DNA from: Eubacteriales bacterium
Lineage (GTDB): Bacteria > Bacillota > Clostridia > Oscillospirales > QAKW01
DNA: 64,000 bases
Direction: 5' to 3'
Assembly (NCBI GenBank): GCA_045612565.1
Contig: JAZKZG010000028.1
Location: 714-64,713, forward strand
The notes under the pieces were generated by a model that saw nothing but the letters and a program-made list of their open reading frames with translations, did not search any database and was not told the origin of the DNA. The first letter of the stretch is position 1. Each line of letters opens with the position of its first letter. The position numbers and the translations under genes are program-made. Below are positions 54,541 through 62,631 of this stretch, one piece after another.

Positions 54541-56442
54541 TTACTTTTTAAGAATAAAACCGGTAAATCCGTAAGGAATAATATCGTTCAAAACAACTTT
54601 GGCACCCGACAAAGTACCGCTGCCTTGTATAAATTCAATATCCGAGTAGGTATTGCCAAGTTCAACTACAGGTGAAAAGGCAGTGTCCTCAAAAAAGTTC
54701 CAAAGACCGACAGTCAGCGTATCACTATCCTCTTTGCACTGAATGTACATTGACGGACAGCCGTAAACAAACGCGGGTAAAGTTTTGCCCGACAGCCACG
54801 GGATAACGTTTGCGTACTGACGCGCACGTTCGTAATGATACAAAAGATTGCTGTTTGGATCTTTTGACACAATTCTGGTGTTTATGTTCAAAACCAAAAA
54901 CCGCTCGCCGTCAGCATTTTCGTAAATATACGATATCGGCAGTCTGCCGTTTGCGGTATCACTGAGCACTTTTGCGGATTTGTTGATTTCTATATCAAAA
55001 AACTGTGAACCGAGCGACAAAATGTGATTGTCATTATGTAAAAAGTGTTCTTCAACGTTTGCAGGCAGGTGTTTTTCTGGTGCGTTTTGTAAAAGACCGT
55101 TAAAACGAGTAAGTCCAACATCAACACCGCGGTCAGTTAAGATTTTTGCCGCAATCGCGTCAATAATCATTCCACCTTTAAGCGCGTCTTTTGGAATATG
55201 TCTTGCATTTTCGTCAAATACCGCGCCGCAAACACCCGCACCCTCGTAAACGGTGGGGATTGTATTATATGCAAGAGTACGTGCAGCCGCCGAAAAGAAC
55301 ATATATTCGGGTCTTTGACATTTAACAGGCGCAGATATATCCATATCGGCAAACTTGCTTTGGTATTCGTAAATACGCACACCTGTTGCATTCTTGTTGG
55401 TAAATGCAGAGTCGATTTTTTTGTAAAGGTCGGAATTTTTTTCGTGATATTTTATGTATCCATCTTCGTAGTCGGCATTTGAGCAATAGTCGATATTATA
55501 TTTTAAAATACCGTCGGTACATCCACTCGCGCGGATTGCGGTATCGTGACCTTCCACAAAACTTGCAGGGCAATTTGTTCGCGGACGTGGGTATGAATCA
55601 CCCTCCGCCATAATCTCGATGTTTTCGTCGCGTGTCCACGCGCTTTCCATACGTTCAAGTTCAATTGTGTCTTGAAGTTTGTTGCCCCACGATTTTCTTG
55701 CCGCCCAGTATGGCGCACCGATAAGGCGCACAAACGGTTTGGTGTTACCCGCAAGAATATACGCAAGTTCACGCGCCATAATTCCGTCAATATCCCACGA
55801 CGAAAGACAGGCACACGTACCAAGTCGAATTTTTTGGTCAATTTCGTTTACAGCACTTCGCATCTCACGTGCAAACTCACGGAATGCATCACCGTTTGCC
55901 TTTATATACGCATCACGGTAGATATTTTTACCGCCGTTTATTATCTGTTTATATAACTGCTCACGTGTTAAAGCCTCACCCGTCATCTCGTTTATCATTT
56001 TAATGTGATTATCGCAAAGACAGGCAGGGGAGTCACATAAAAATGCGTATCTGAAATCGTCATCAAACATAATGATTTCAACACCGCTTTTTGCGATATT
56101 TTTTATGTACTCAGACGCAAACTTAACAAATTTTTTGTCGGTAGGACAAATAAATTCGTTGATTTCGGTGCCGTCAAGACCGCGCATATTGCAAAAATTA
56201 TGTGCGCCCTTTATCCAGAATGTCCATATCCATGCGCCCACCTCAAAGCCGTGCGATTTAAAAAAAGCACAGTTTTCGGCAAGGTCTGCAAAAATTGATT
56301 TTTGCGTGTCGGAGTCGAGTTCATAATTTGACAGCGACAAAAATACACGCTCCGCCTTCATTCTTTTAAGCTGTGAAAGGATAGTTTCACGACCTGCACG
56401 CTTTACGTTTGATAAGGTGATTGGAACAGATATCTTATACAT
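54541..56442 (-). CDS. hypothetical 633-aa cytoplasmic protein, possibly a TIM-barrel glycoside-hydrolase-like enzyme
   Basis: Long ORF with good coding character and no signal peptide. The alternating beta/alpha-like N-terminal 350 aa (VFLSL..., GFEVGAWIW, IIMFDDDFRY, IMAEGDSYPRP) is my structural guess only. No family recognised. Confidence 0.6.
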   Translation of the reverse strand: MYKISVPITLSNVKRAGRETILSQLKRMKAERVFLSLSNYELDSDTQKSIFADLAENCAFFKSHGFEVGAWIWTFWIKGAHNFCNMRGLDGTEINEFICPTDKKFVKFASEYIKNIAKSGVEIIMFDDDFRYAFLCDSPACLCDNHIKMINEMTGEALTREQLYKQIINGGKNIYRDAYIKANGDAFREFAREMRSAVNEIDQKIRLGTCACLSSWDIDGIMARELAYILAGNTKPFVRLIGAPYWAARKSWGNKLQDTIELERMESAWTRDENIEIMAEGDSYPRPRTNCPASFVEGHDTAIRASGCTDGILKYNIDYCSNADYEDGYIKYHEKNSDLYKKIDSAFTNKNATGVRIYEYQSKFADMDISAPVKCQRPEYMFFSAAARTLAYNTIPTVYEGAGVCGAVFDENARHIPKDALKGGMIIDAIAAKILTDRGVDVGLTRFNGLLQNAPEKHLPANVEEHFLHNDNHILSLGSQFFDIEINKSAKVLSDTANGRLPISYIYENADGERFLVLNINTRIVSKDPNSNLLYHYERARQYANVIPWLSGKTLPAFVYGCPSMYIQCKEDSDTLTVGLWNFFEDTAFSPVVELGNTYSDIEFIQGSGTLSGAKVVLNDIIPYGFTGFILKK

Positions 56443-56452
56443 AATTTTTCTC

Positions 56453-57301
56453 CTAAATATTGAGTAATATTACCGATACGGTGCCGAGCGCAAAACCGAT
56501 AAGCTGAACGTTTGTCAGTTTTTCTTTGTAAACAAAGCGCGAAACAAAATATGTAATAACAATGCCGCCTGCCGATACGAGCGGGAACATAATCGAAACA
56601 GGCATTCTGGCAGATAAAATCATTACAAACAGGTTTACAACGCCGTTCATAATACCGCAGGGAAGCGCCAGATACCAGCCGAATTTTACACACTGTTTTA
56701 TATCGTTTTTTTCACAGAAAAGCGACACAATCAAAAGCCCGATTACAACCGCTGCAAGAGCTATTATCATAAATTCGTTTTTATAAGCTCCGTCAAATTT
56801 CACCTGCTGCATCTTCTGCACGGTTGAACACATTCCGTTGCCCGCAAACGCCAAAAATGCGTACAAAATCCATTTGCGTGTGATTTTTACCGAGTCAGAT
56901 TTTTTGTTAATGAGTACGAGTGAAACGGAAAGCAATATAAGCCCCGGAATAAGTCCTGCGCTGACGTTGTCGTGTAAAAATATAAGTCCATAAAAGGTGG
57001 GTATCATAAGTCCGAATGAAATAAAGAGCGCAGTCAACGACAAAGAGCCTGTTGCAGTAGCAAGAACGCTGAACACCGCCGACGTGCCGTACGCCAATGC
57101 AAAACCAAGCGCATACGGAATTACTTCTGCTTCCCACTTAAAACCGCCCGACGATATCACAAAAAACAACATCGCCGCAAAGGTCGACAGCGAGCCAAAT
57201 AAAAACGTACCACTTCCGCCGCACTTTTGTGTGTACGGCTTTTTTATTATGTTTTGCGCAGATGCACCCACTATTATTAAAATCAAAAGAAATGTGTTCA
57301 T
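56453..57301 (-). CDS. DMT-superfamily (EamA-like) transporter
   Basis: 282 aa with about 10 TM segments and two-fold internal repeat architecture. Confidence 0.75.
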   Translation of the reverse strand: MNTFLLILIIVGASAQNIIKKPYTQKCGGSGTFLFGSLSTFAAMLFFVISSGGFKWEAEVIPYALGFALAYGTSAVFSVLATATGSLSLTALFISFGLMIPTFYGLIFLHDNVSAGLIPGLILLSVSLVLINKKSDSVKITRKWILYAFLAFAGNGMCSTVQKMQQVKFDGAYKNEFMIIALAAVVIGLLIVSLFCEKNDIKQCVKFGWYLALPCGIMNGVVNLFVMILSARMPVSIMFPLVSAGGIVITYFVSRFVYKEKLTNVQLIGFALGTVSVILLNI

Positions 57302-57420
57302 AGTTTTCTCCCTTCATTATATATCATTTATACATAAAATCACATAATTTTTCAATGTTTTTTCTTCTTAAAATATTGCACTTTCTTCCTGAAAAAAGTA
57401 TAATATTTACGGTGATTAAA

Positions 57421-58203
57421 ATGAGGATACGCTACGACAGAAAAAAACTGCAGCAAATAACCGACACGTTGTTTGTACTTACAGGAATAAGTATAGCAGT
57501 TTTAGACACTGAGTATAAATTTATATGTAATAGCACAAAGCAAAACGATTTTTGTACCTGTATGCAAAACAACCCTATAAGCAAGGCACGGTGTAAAGTC
57601 TCGGACGAAAAGCTACTACAAAAATGTAAAAAAAGCAGATGCTTTGAAAGTCATATCTGTCATGTGGGATTGTATGATGCGGTTATGCCGCTTATAAAAA
57701 ACGAAATAATCGTGGGCTACGTTATTATGGGTCGTATACGCGCAACAGATTCGCCCAAGACGGTCAGGGGAAACGTAAGCGTAAGCCTTAAAAAGATGTA
57801 CGATGAACTGCCACAGTTTGACAGCACACAGATAGACAGTATAAAGACGCTGATTGAGGAAATTATTTTTGAGTCGTCGATAACGGTAGAGTATGATAAG
57901 ACCATAGAAAAAATCGGTGCGTTTATAAGCGATAATCTGACTGAGAAATATACCGTAAATGAGATATGTAAAAAGTTTTGCGTGTCAAGAAATTATCTGT
58001 ACAGCGGATTTTTGCGGATATTCGGCATGACGGTAAACGAATATATAGTTAATTTGCGTATCGAACGCGCAAAGGAACTCCTTTCAAAAGGGGAACTGCG
58101 CGTTTATGAGGTGTGTGAATGCGTCGGGATAGATAACTACACCTATTTTTGCCGACTGTTTAAGAAAAAAACGGGCGTTACCCCAAATAAATATAAAGGA
58201 TAA
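57421..58203 (+). CDS. AraC-family regulator with N-terminal PocR sensory domain
   Basis: ATG 57421. The PocR-like segment is GISIAVLDTEYKFI...FCTCMQ...CHVGLYDAVMPLIKNEIIVGYVIMG. The C-terminal AraC HTH is VYEVCECVGIDNYTYFCRLFKKKTGVTPNKY. Confidence 0.8.
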   Translation: MRIRYDRKKLQQITDTLFVLTGISIAVLDTEYKFICNSTKQNDFCTCMQNNPISKARCKVSDEKLLQKCKKSRCFESHICHVGLYDAVMPLIKNEIIVGYVIMGRIRATDSPKTVRGNVSVSLKKMYDELPQFDSTQIDSIKTLIEEIIFESSITVEYDKTIEKIGAFISDNLTEKYTVNEICKKFCVSRNYLYSGFLRIFGMTVNEYIVNLRIERAKELLSKGELRVYEVCECVGIDNYTYFCRLFKKKTGVTPNKYKG

Positions 58204-58235
58204 TTGTAGGTACAGGTGTCCTCGACTGTCCTAAA

Positions 58236-58265
58236 CAAAAAGACCTCATCTGAGGTCTTTTTTGT
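58236..58265. terminator. bidirectional intrinsic terminator
   Basis: AAAAAGACCTCA-tc-TGAGGTCTTTTTT. Confidence 0.85.
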
Positions 58266-58269
58266 ATGG

Positions 58270-58803
58270 TCAGCTTTCCATTTGTTTTGCCATAAACGTT
58301 GCCGCGGCGGAAAGCAGTTTGAGGTCGCTTTCGGTTGCGCTCTTTCCGCTTGTTTCAACAAACGCAATAACACCCATAATGTCACCCGATGAAATAATGG
58401 GACTTGCCGCAATAATTGAGGGCGACGATTTATCGGCAGTAAGGGGGATTTCGCCTGTGTCAGAAAGATAATTCTTTCGGCGGTCGATAAGTTCTTCGCA
58501 CTCGGTGCTTATACTTTGCTCAAGAACCTCTCGGGTTCCTTTTCCCGAAAATGCGATTACGTTGTCACTGTCGCATACCGCGCAGTAAAGACCTGAGGCA
58601 GAATATAGCGATGCGCAGAGGTCGGACGCGTGACTTGACAGATCGGTGATGGGGGAGTATTTTTTAAAGATGACACCGCCATCTTTGTCGGTGTAAATCT
58701 CTAATGGATCTCCTTCTCTTATCCGCATCGTGCGGCGGATTTCTTTGGGTATAACCACACGACCTAAATCGTCAATTCTTCTCACAATACCTGTTGCTTT
58801 CAT
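58270..58803 (-). CDS. spoVT: stage V sporulation protein T (AbrB-type N-domain plus GAF-like C-domain)
   Basis: 177 aa. MKATGIVRRIDDLGRVVIPKEIRRTMRIREGDPLEIYTD... is the SpoVT/AbrB swapped-hairpin domain. Confidence 0.9.
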   Translation of the reverse strand: MKATGIVRRIDDLGRVVIPKEIRRTMRIREGDPLEIYTDKDGGVIFKKYSPITDLSSHASDLCASLYSASGLYCAVCDSDNVIAFSGKGTREVLEQSISTECEELIDRRKNYLSDTGEIPLTADKSSPSIIAASPIISSGDIMGVIAFVETSGKSATESDLKLLSAAATFMAKQMES

Positions 58804-58931
58804 ATATAAATCTCCTTTAAAAACAAAATCGTGATACTATTATTTGTGATTTGTGGGAATTTATACTGTCCAACTTTACTTTTTAGAGCAACTATGGTAT
58901 AATTATTAAAAATTATTCGAGGGGCACAAAT

Positions 58932-59702
58932 ATGAATAAATTTTCTGCATTTTTGACTAATTTCTTTCTAACTGCATTTCGTCACATAGGGTCTATTGTG
59001 ATTTCTATAATCCTGATTGTAGTCGGTGTAATATGGTCTAAAGTTTGTTTTTACATAGGATTGTTTTTAATTATCTCAAATATAATTGTTGCTTTTGTCG
59101 GTGCAATTCGTATGCAAAATATTATGAATTATCGTTCTGATGATGACCCCGAATTCAATGAAATGATGGAAAAATTGACTGCTGACCCAAAATCTTTTTT
59201 ATCCGAGATAATGGAAGCGCAAGAAGAAAATAGACATTTACATGGCGAAGATTTATTATCCCTTTCGGATGACGATTTGTTTGAAACTATCTATTTTCAA
59301 AACGTTGATATTGCAGAAGAAGCCGAGGACGAAGATAAAGAAATAGAACAATTTACAGGTGCTCGCAAAACAGTTTATGTTTTAGGCTTATTTGATTCAG
59401 AAATTCAAAATGGTGGTCTTTGCCAATTTTTCGTAAACTCATCAAGAGTTGTTGCACCGTATGTTAGTGAATCGCTAAAAAGTGTTGGAGCGAACGAACA
59501 CCTAAATCTTTTTGAAGAGTTTATCACAGCAAATAACATCGATATTTCTAATCTCGAATCATTTAAAGTATACAGTATAAGAGGATTCAAAAAGCAAACC
59601 AAACGGTTCGACTTTGATTCATTTGATGATAAATATTATGAATTGCCTGCATTACAAGAAAAAGTAGTTGCATACATCAAAAATAATATAAAAGAGTTTT
59701 AA
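58932..59702 (+). CDS. membrane-anchored DUF4375 (DMP19-like) domain protein
   Basis: Two N-terminal TM helices are followed by FDSEIQNGGLCQFFVNSS...LKSVGA, which matches my memory of the DUF4375/DMP19 C-terminal domain signature (NGGfxQff.N). Extended -10 TGgTATAAT lies upstream. Confidence 0.65.
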   Translation: MNKFSAFLTNFFLTAFRHIGSIVISIILIVVGVIWSKVCFYIGLFLIISNIIVAFVGAIRMQNIMNYRSDDDPEFNEMMEKLTADPKSFLSEIMEAQEENRHLHGEDLLSLSDDDLFETIYFQNVDIAEEAEDEDKEIEQFTGARKTVYVLGLFDSEIQNGGLCQFFVNSSRVVAPYVSESLKSVGANEHLNLFEEFITANNIDISNLESFKVYSIRGFKKQTKRFDFDSFDDKYYELPALQEKVVAYIKNNIKEF

Positions 59703-59704
59703 CT

Positions 59705-59880
59705 AAAAGCGAGGGGAGTTTCCCCTCGCTTTTGCTATGTAACGGTCAGAATATGCTATTTTTCGTCAAAAATTTTTCTTCAAAAATTGCCCGAAACCCC
59801 AGTATTTATAAGGCTTTGTCGCACTTTTGTGTTATTATAACACCAGCATCTATTCTACGAACTATTCCTGTTGCTTTCAT
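59705..59880 (-). repeat. 176-bp direct repeat DR1 (terminator hairpin, conserved spacer, 24-codon AbrB-N-terminus stub ORF 59806-59880)
   Basis: About 80% identical to 62370-62545. The hairpin is GCGAGGGGA-gtt-TCCCCTCGC. The stub is MKATGIVRRIDAGVIITQKCDKAL*. Confidence 0.85.
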
Positions 59881-59907
59881 ATATAAATCAATCTTCTTGT
59901 TATCTTC

Positions 59908-59933
59908 GTAGGGGTGATTCACGAATCACCCGT
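59908..59933. repeat. REP-like hairpin, copy 2 (GTAGGGGTGATTCACGAATCACCCGT)
   Basis: Same 26-mer as 5282-5307 with a compensatory stem change. It sits between the stub ATG and its -10-like box. Confidence 0.7.
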
Positions 59934-60109
59934 TTGGCTTTCGTGCATATTTTCAAATTGTATTGTTACTATCTGTATTTTGAGGAGATTTATACTGTAA
60001 AGGAAAATCATTTTGCGTCCACAACCGGTAGTTGTATAAATTACTATTTGCAGTTTATTGATTTCTGGCATATTTGACTGTAAAATAAAAACAGATAGGA
60101 GGCTATGTT

Positions 60110-61687
60110 ATGACTATAGGTAAAGCAATAAATAAACTGAGAAATGATGCAAATATTTCCCAAGAACAGTTCGCAACACTGTTCGGGGTTTCACAGCAAT
60201 CCGTTCAAAAATGGGAAAACGGTGATTCTGTTCCGGAACTTAGCAAAATCATAAAAATTTCCAAGCATTTTGGCGTTTCGCTTGATGCGTTGATTTTAGG
60301 GAACGACAACCGCATTGTAGAAGAAATGAAAGGAACTAATCAAATAAAGCCGCAGTACGCAAATATTCACGATTGGGAATTTTATTCATCCAATTTGATG
60401 ACGGAATATCAGCAATCTATAGAAGAAGGGCTGGATATCGAAGCATATAAGGATGTTTTTTCGGCCGTAGCAAGACTTCCAAAGGATGAACACAAGAAAA
60501 AAATTGGGGACACCCTTTTCGAAATCGTAATAAATGCAAAACAAAAAGAAGGCTATCCATATATTGAACCGTCCAACCTTGAAGCCATCAAAGATTTGAG
60601 AAAGCCTTATGTTTATAAGAATAACAGCCCCTTGGATCTGGAAGATAAAATTCACGGTGCATGGATGGGCAGAATTTGCGGATGTATGGTGGGCAAGACT
60701 GTAGAAGGTATCCGCACAAACGAGTTGGTTCCCTTCCTAAAGGAAACCGGCAATTATCCTATGCACAGATATATTCTGCAGAGTGACCTGAGTGACGAAA
60801 TTTTAAACAAATACAAATATCATTTTCCAAGCAAATGCTATGCCGACGCCATAGACGGAATGCCGGTGGATGACGATACCAACTACACCGTTCTTTATCA
60901 AGAAATCGTCCAAAAATACGGCAGAGATTTTACCCCTTTTGATGTTTCACGTGCTTGGCTGCATTATCAGCCTAAAGATGCCTATTGCACCGCTGAAAGA
61001 GTAGCTTTCTGCAACTTTGTAAAAGGATATACGCCGCCGGAATCTGCCATTTATAAAAACCCCTATCGTGAATGGATCGGCGCACAAATACGAGCCGACT
61101 ATTTTGGATATATTAACCCGGGCAATCCCGAACTTGCTGCCGAAATGGCGTGGCGCGATGCCTCGATCTCTCACACGAAGAACGGAATCTACGGCGAAAT
61201 GTTTGTGGCAGCGATGTTGGCTGTTGCGGCAGAAACAAAGAATATCAAAGATATTATACTCGGTGGACTTGCACAGATTCCACACACATCCAGATTACAC
61301 GAAGATATTATGTTCGTAGTGGACGGATTTGAAAACGGTGTTTCTCAAAGCGAATGCTTTAAGAGCATTCACGAAAAGTATGACGAGCACAGCGCTCACG
61401 ATTGGTGCCACACCATTTCTAATGCAATGATTGTAGCGGCCTCTTTGCTCTATGGTGGCGGAGATTACGGCAAATCCATCTGTATGTCTGTTGAAACAGG
61501 TTTCGACACCGATTGTAACGGTGCTACCGTTGGTTCGATTTTAGGTATGGCAAACGGAATTGAAAGTATTCCAAAGTGCTGGATAGAACCGATAAACGAT
61601 ACACTTCACACTTCTATTTTCGGTATTGATACTGTCAAAATCAGCGATAGAGTAAACTTGACAATGGAGCATATCAGGGGGAAATAA
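60110..61687 (+). CDS. XRE-family HTH fused to an ADP-ribosylglycohydrolase (ARH/DraG-like) domain
   Basis: The N-terminus IGKAINKLRNDANISQEQFATLFGVSQQSVQKWENG is an XRE HTH. The ARH blocks are GAWMGRICGCMVGKTVEG, VDDDTNYTVL and VETGFDTDCNGATVGSILGMANGIESIP. Confidence 0.8.
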   Translation: MTIGKAINKLRNDANISQEQFATLFGVSQQSVQKWENGDSVPELSKIIKISKHFGVSLDALILGNDNRIVEEMKGTNQIKPQYANIHDWEFYSSNLMTEYQQSIEEGLDIEAYKDVFSAVARLPKDEHKKKIGDTLFEIVINAKQKEGYPYIEPSNLEAIKDLRKPYVYKNNSPLDLEDKIHGAWMGRICGCMVGKTVEGIRTNELVPFLKETGNYPMHRYILQSDLSDEILNKYKYHFPSKCYADAIDGMPVDDDTNYTVLYQEIVQKYGRDFTPFDVSRAWLHYQPKDAYCTAERVAFCNFVKGYTPPESAIYKNPYREWIGAQIRADYFGYINPGNPELAAEMAWRDASISHTKNGIYGEMFVAAMLAVAAETKNIKDIILGGLAQIPHTSRLHEDIMFVVDGFENGVSQSECFKSIHEKYDEHSAHDWCHTISNAMIVAASLLYGGGDYGKSICMSVETGFDTDCNGATVGSILGMANGIESIPKCWIEPINDTLHTSIFGIDTVKISDRVNLTMEHIRGK

Positions 61688-61746
61688 AATAACCGTCATA
61701 GGAAGTGCAAATGAAGTGAAATAAACGAAACGTAAGGAGTATTTTA

Positions 61747-62382
61747 ATGAAAATAACGATACAACAAGACACAAAGAGTATTTTTCCGTATATTACGTAT
61801 GAGCCCGAAACCTTGACCGACCGTCCCGCGTTAATCATTCAGCTTCACGGTGCCGGTGAACGAGGAGACGGAGGGGTGGATATCAAAAAGGTGCTTGTTT
61901 ACGGATTTTCTAAAATCGCAAACGACAGCAACCTGAAAAATTGTATTTTAGTTATGCCGCAATGTCCCACAGATACCTTCTGGGTTGCCAAAATAGAAAG
62001 TCTTAAAAAATTCATTGATGAAATGATCCATAAATACTCCGTTGATGTCAATCGTGTATATCTTTGCGGCTTGAGTATGGGCGGATATGGAACGTGGTAT
62101 ACTGCTATGGCATATCCAGATTTGTTTGCTGCTATAGTACCTTGCTGTGGTGGGGGTATGGCATGGAATGCAGATGTGCTCAAAATGCCTATATGGGCAT
62201 TTCACGGATTGAAAGACACCACAGTTTCTCCAACGCAAACAATCGAGATGGTAGAAAAGTTGAAAGGTAAAAATCCCGATCTGAAATATAATTTATACGA
62301 AGGTGTAGGACATAATTGTTGGGATAATGCCTTTTCGGAAGAAACATTGAGTTGGTTATTGTCACATACAAAAGCGAGGTGA
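61747..62382 (+). CDS. alpha/beta-hydrolase esterase (carboxylesterase / predicted peptidase type)
   Basis: 211 aa with nucleophile elbow GLSMGGYG plus downstream D and H (FHGLKDTTV, GVGHNCW). Confidence 0.75.
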   Translation: MKITIQQDTKSIFPYITYEPETLTDRPALIIQLHGAGERGDGGVDIKKVLVYGFSKIANDSNLKNCILVMPQCPTDTFWVAKIESLKKFIDEMIHKYSVDVNRVYLCGLSMGGYGTWYTAMAYPDLFAAIVPCCGGGMAWNADVLKMPIWAFHGLKDTTVSPTQTIEMVEKLKGKNPDLKYNLYEGVGHNCWDNAFSEETLSWLLSHTKAR

Positions 62383-62545
62383 ATTTCACCTCGCTTTTGC
62401 TATGTATTTGTCAATATATGCTTTTTTCGTCAAAAAACTTTCTTAAAAAAATCGCTTGAAAAGTCAGTATTTATAAGGGTTTATCGCACTTTTGTGTTAT
62501 TATTATATCCGCCTCTATTCTACGAACAATTCCTGCTGCTTTCAT
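62370..62545 (-). repeat. 176-bp direct repeat DR2 (terminator hairpin, conserved spacer, 24-codon stub ORF 62471-62545)
   Basis: The hairpin is GCGAGGTGA-att-TCACCTCGC, compensatory relative to DR1. The stub is MKAAGIVRRIEADIIITQKCDKPL*, with RBS AGGAG 13 nt upstream. Confidence 0.85.
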
Positions 62546-62631
62546 AATATATAATAATCTCCTCGCTTTACAAATTTGTACTGCCCACATCAGTAAAACA
62601 AGCAGATTTATACTGACTATATTTTCAAATA

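Noticed and set aside
59871-60077. 68-aa + strand ORF (MLSYINQSSCYLRRGDSRITR...).
   Set aside because: It spans the stub-ORF start, the REP-like hairpin (which gives the RRGDSRITR peptide) and promoter DNA. It has no RBS and is not coding-like.
59705-62545. Integron-like gene-cassette array, with the 176-bp units read as attC-like sites.
   Set aside because: The window has no integrase, no RYYYAAC/GTTRRRY core sites and no imperfect-palindrome attC architecture. The units instead contain an ordinary terminator plus a promoter-bearing stub ORF.
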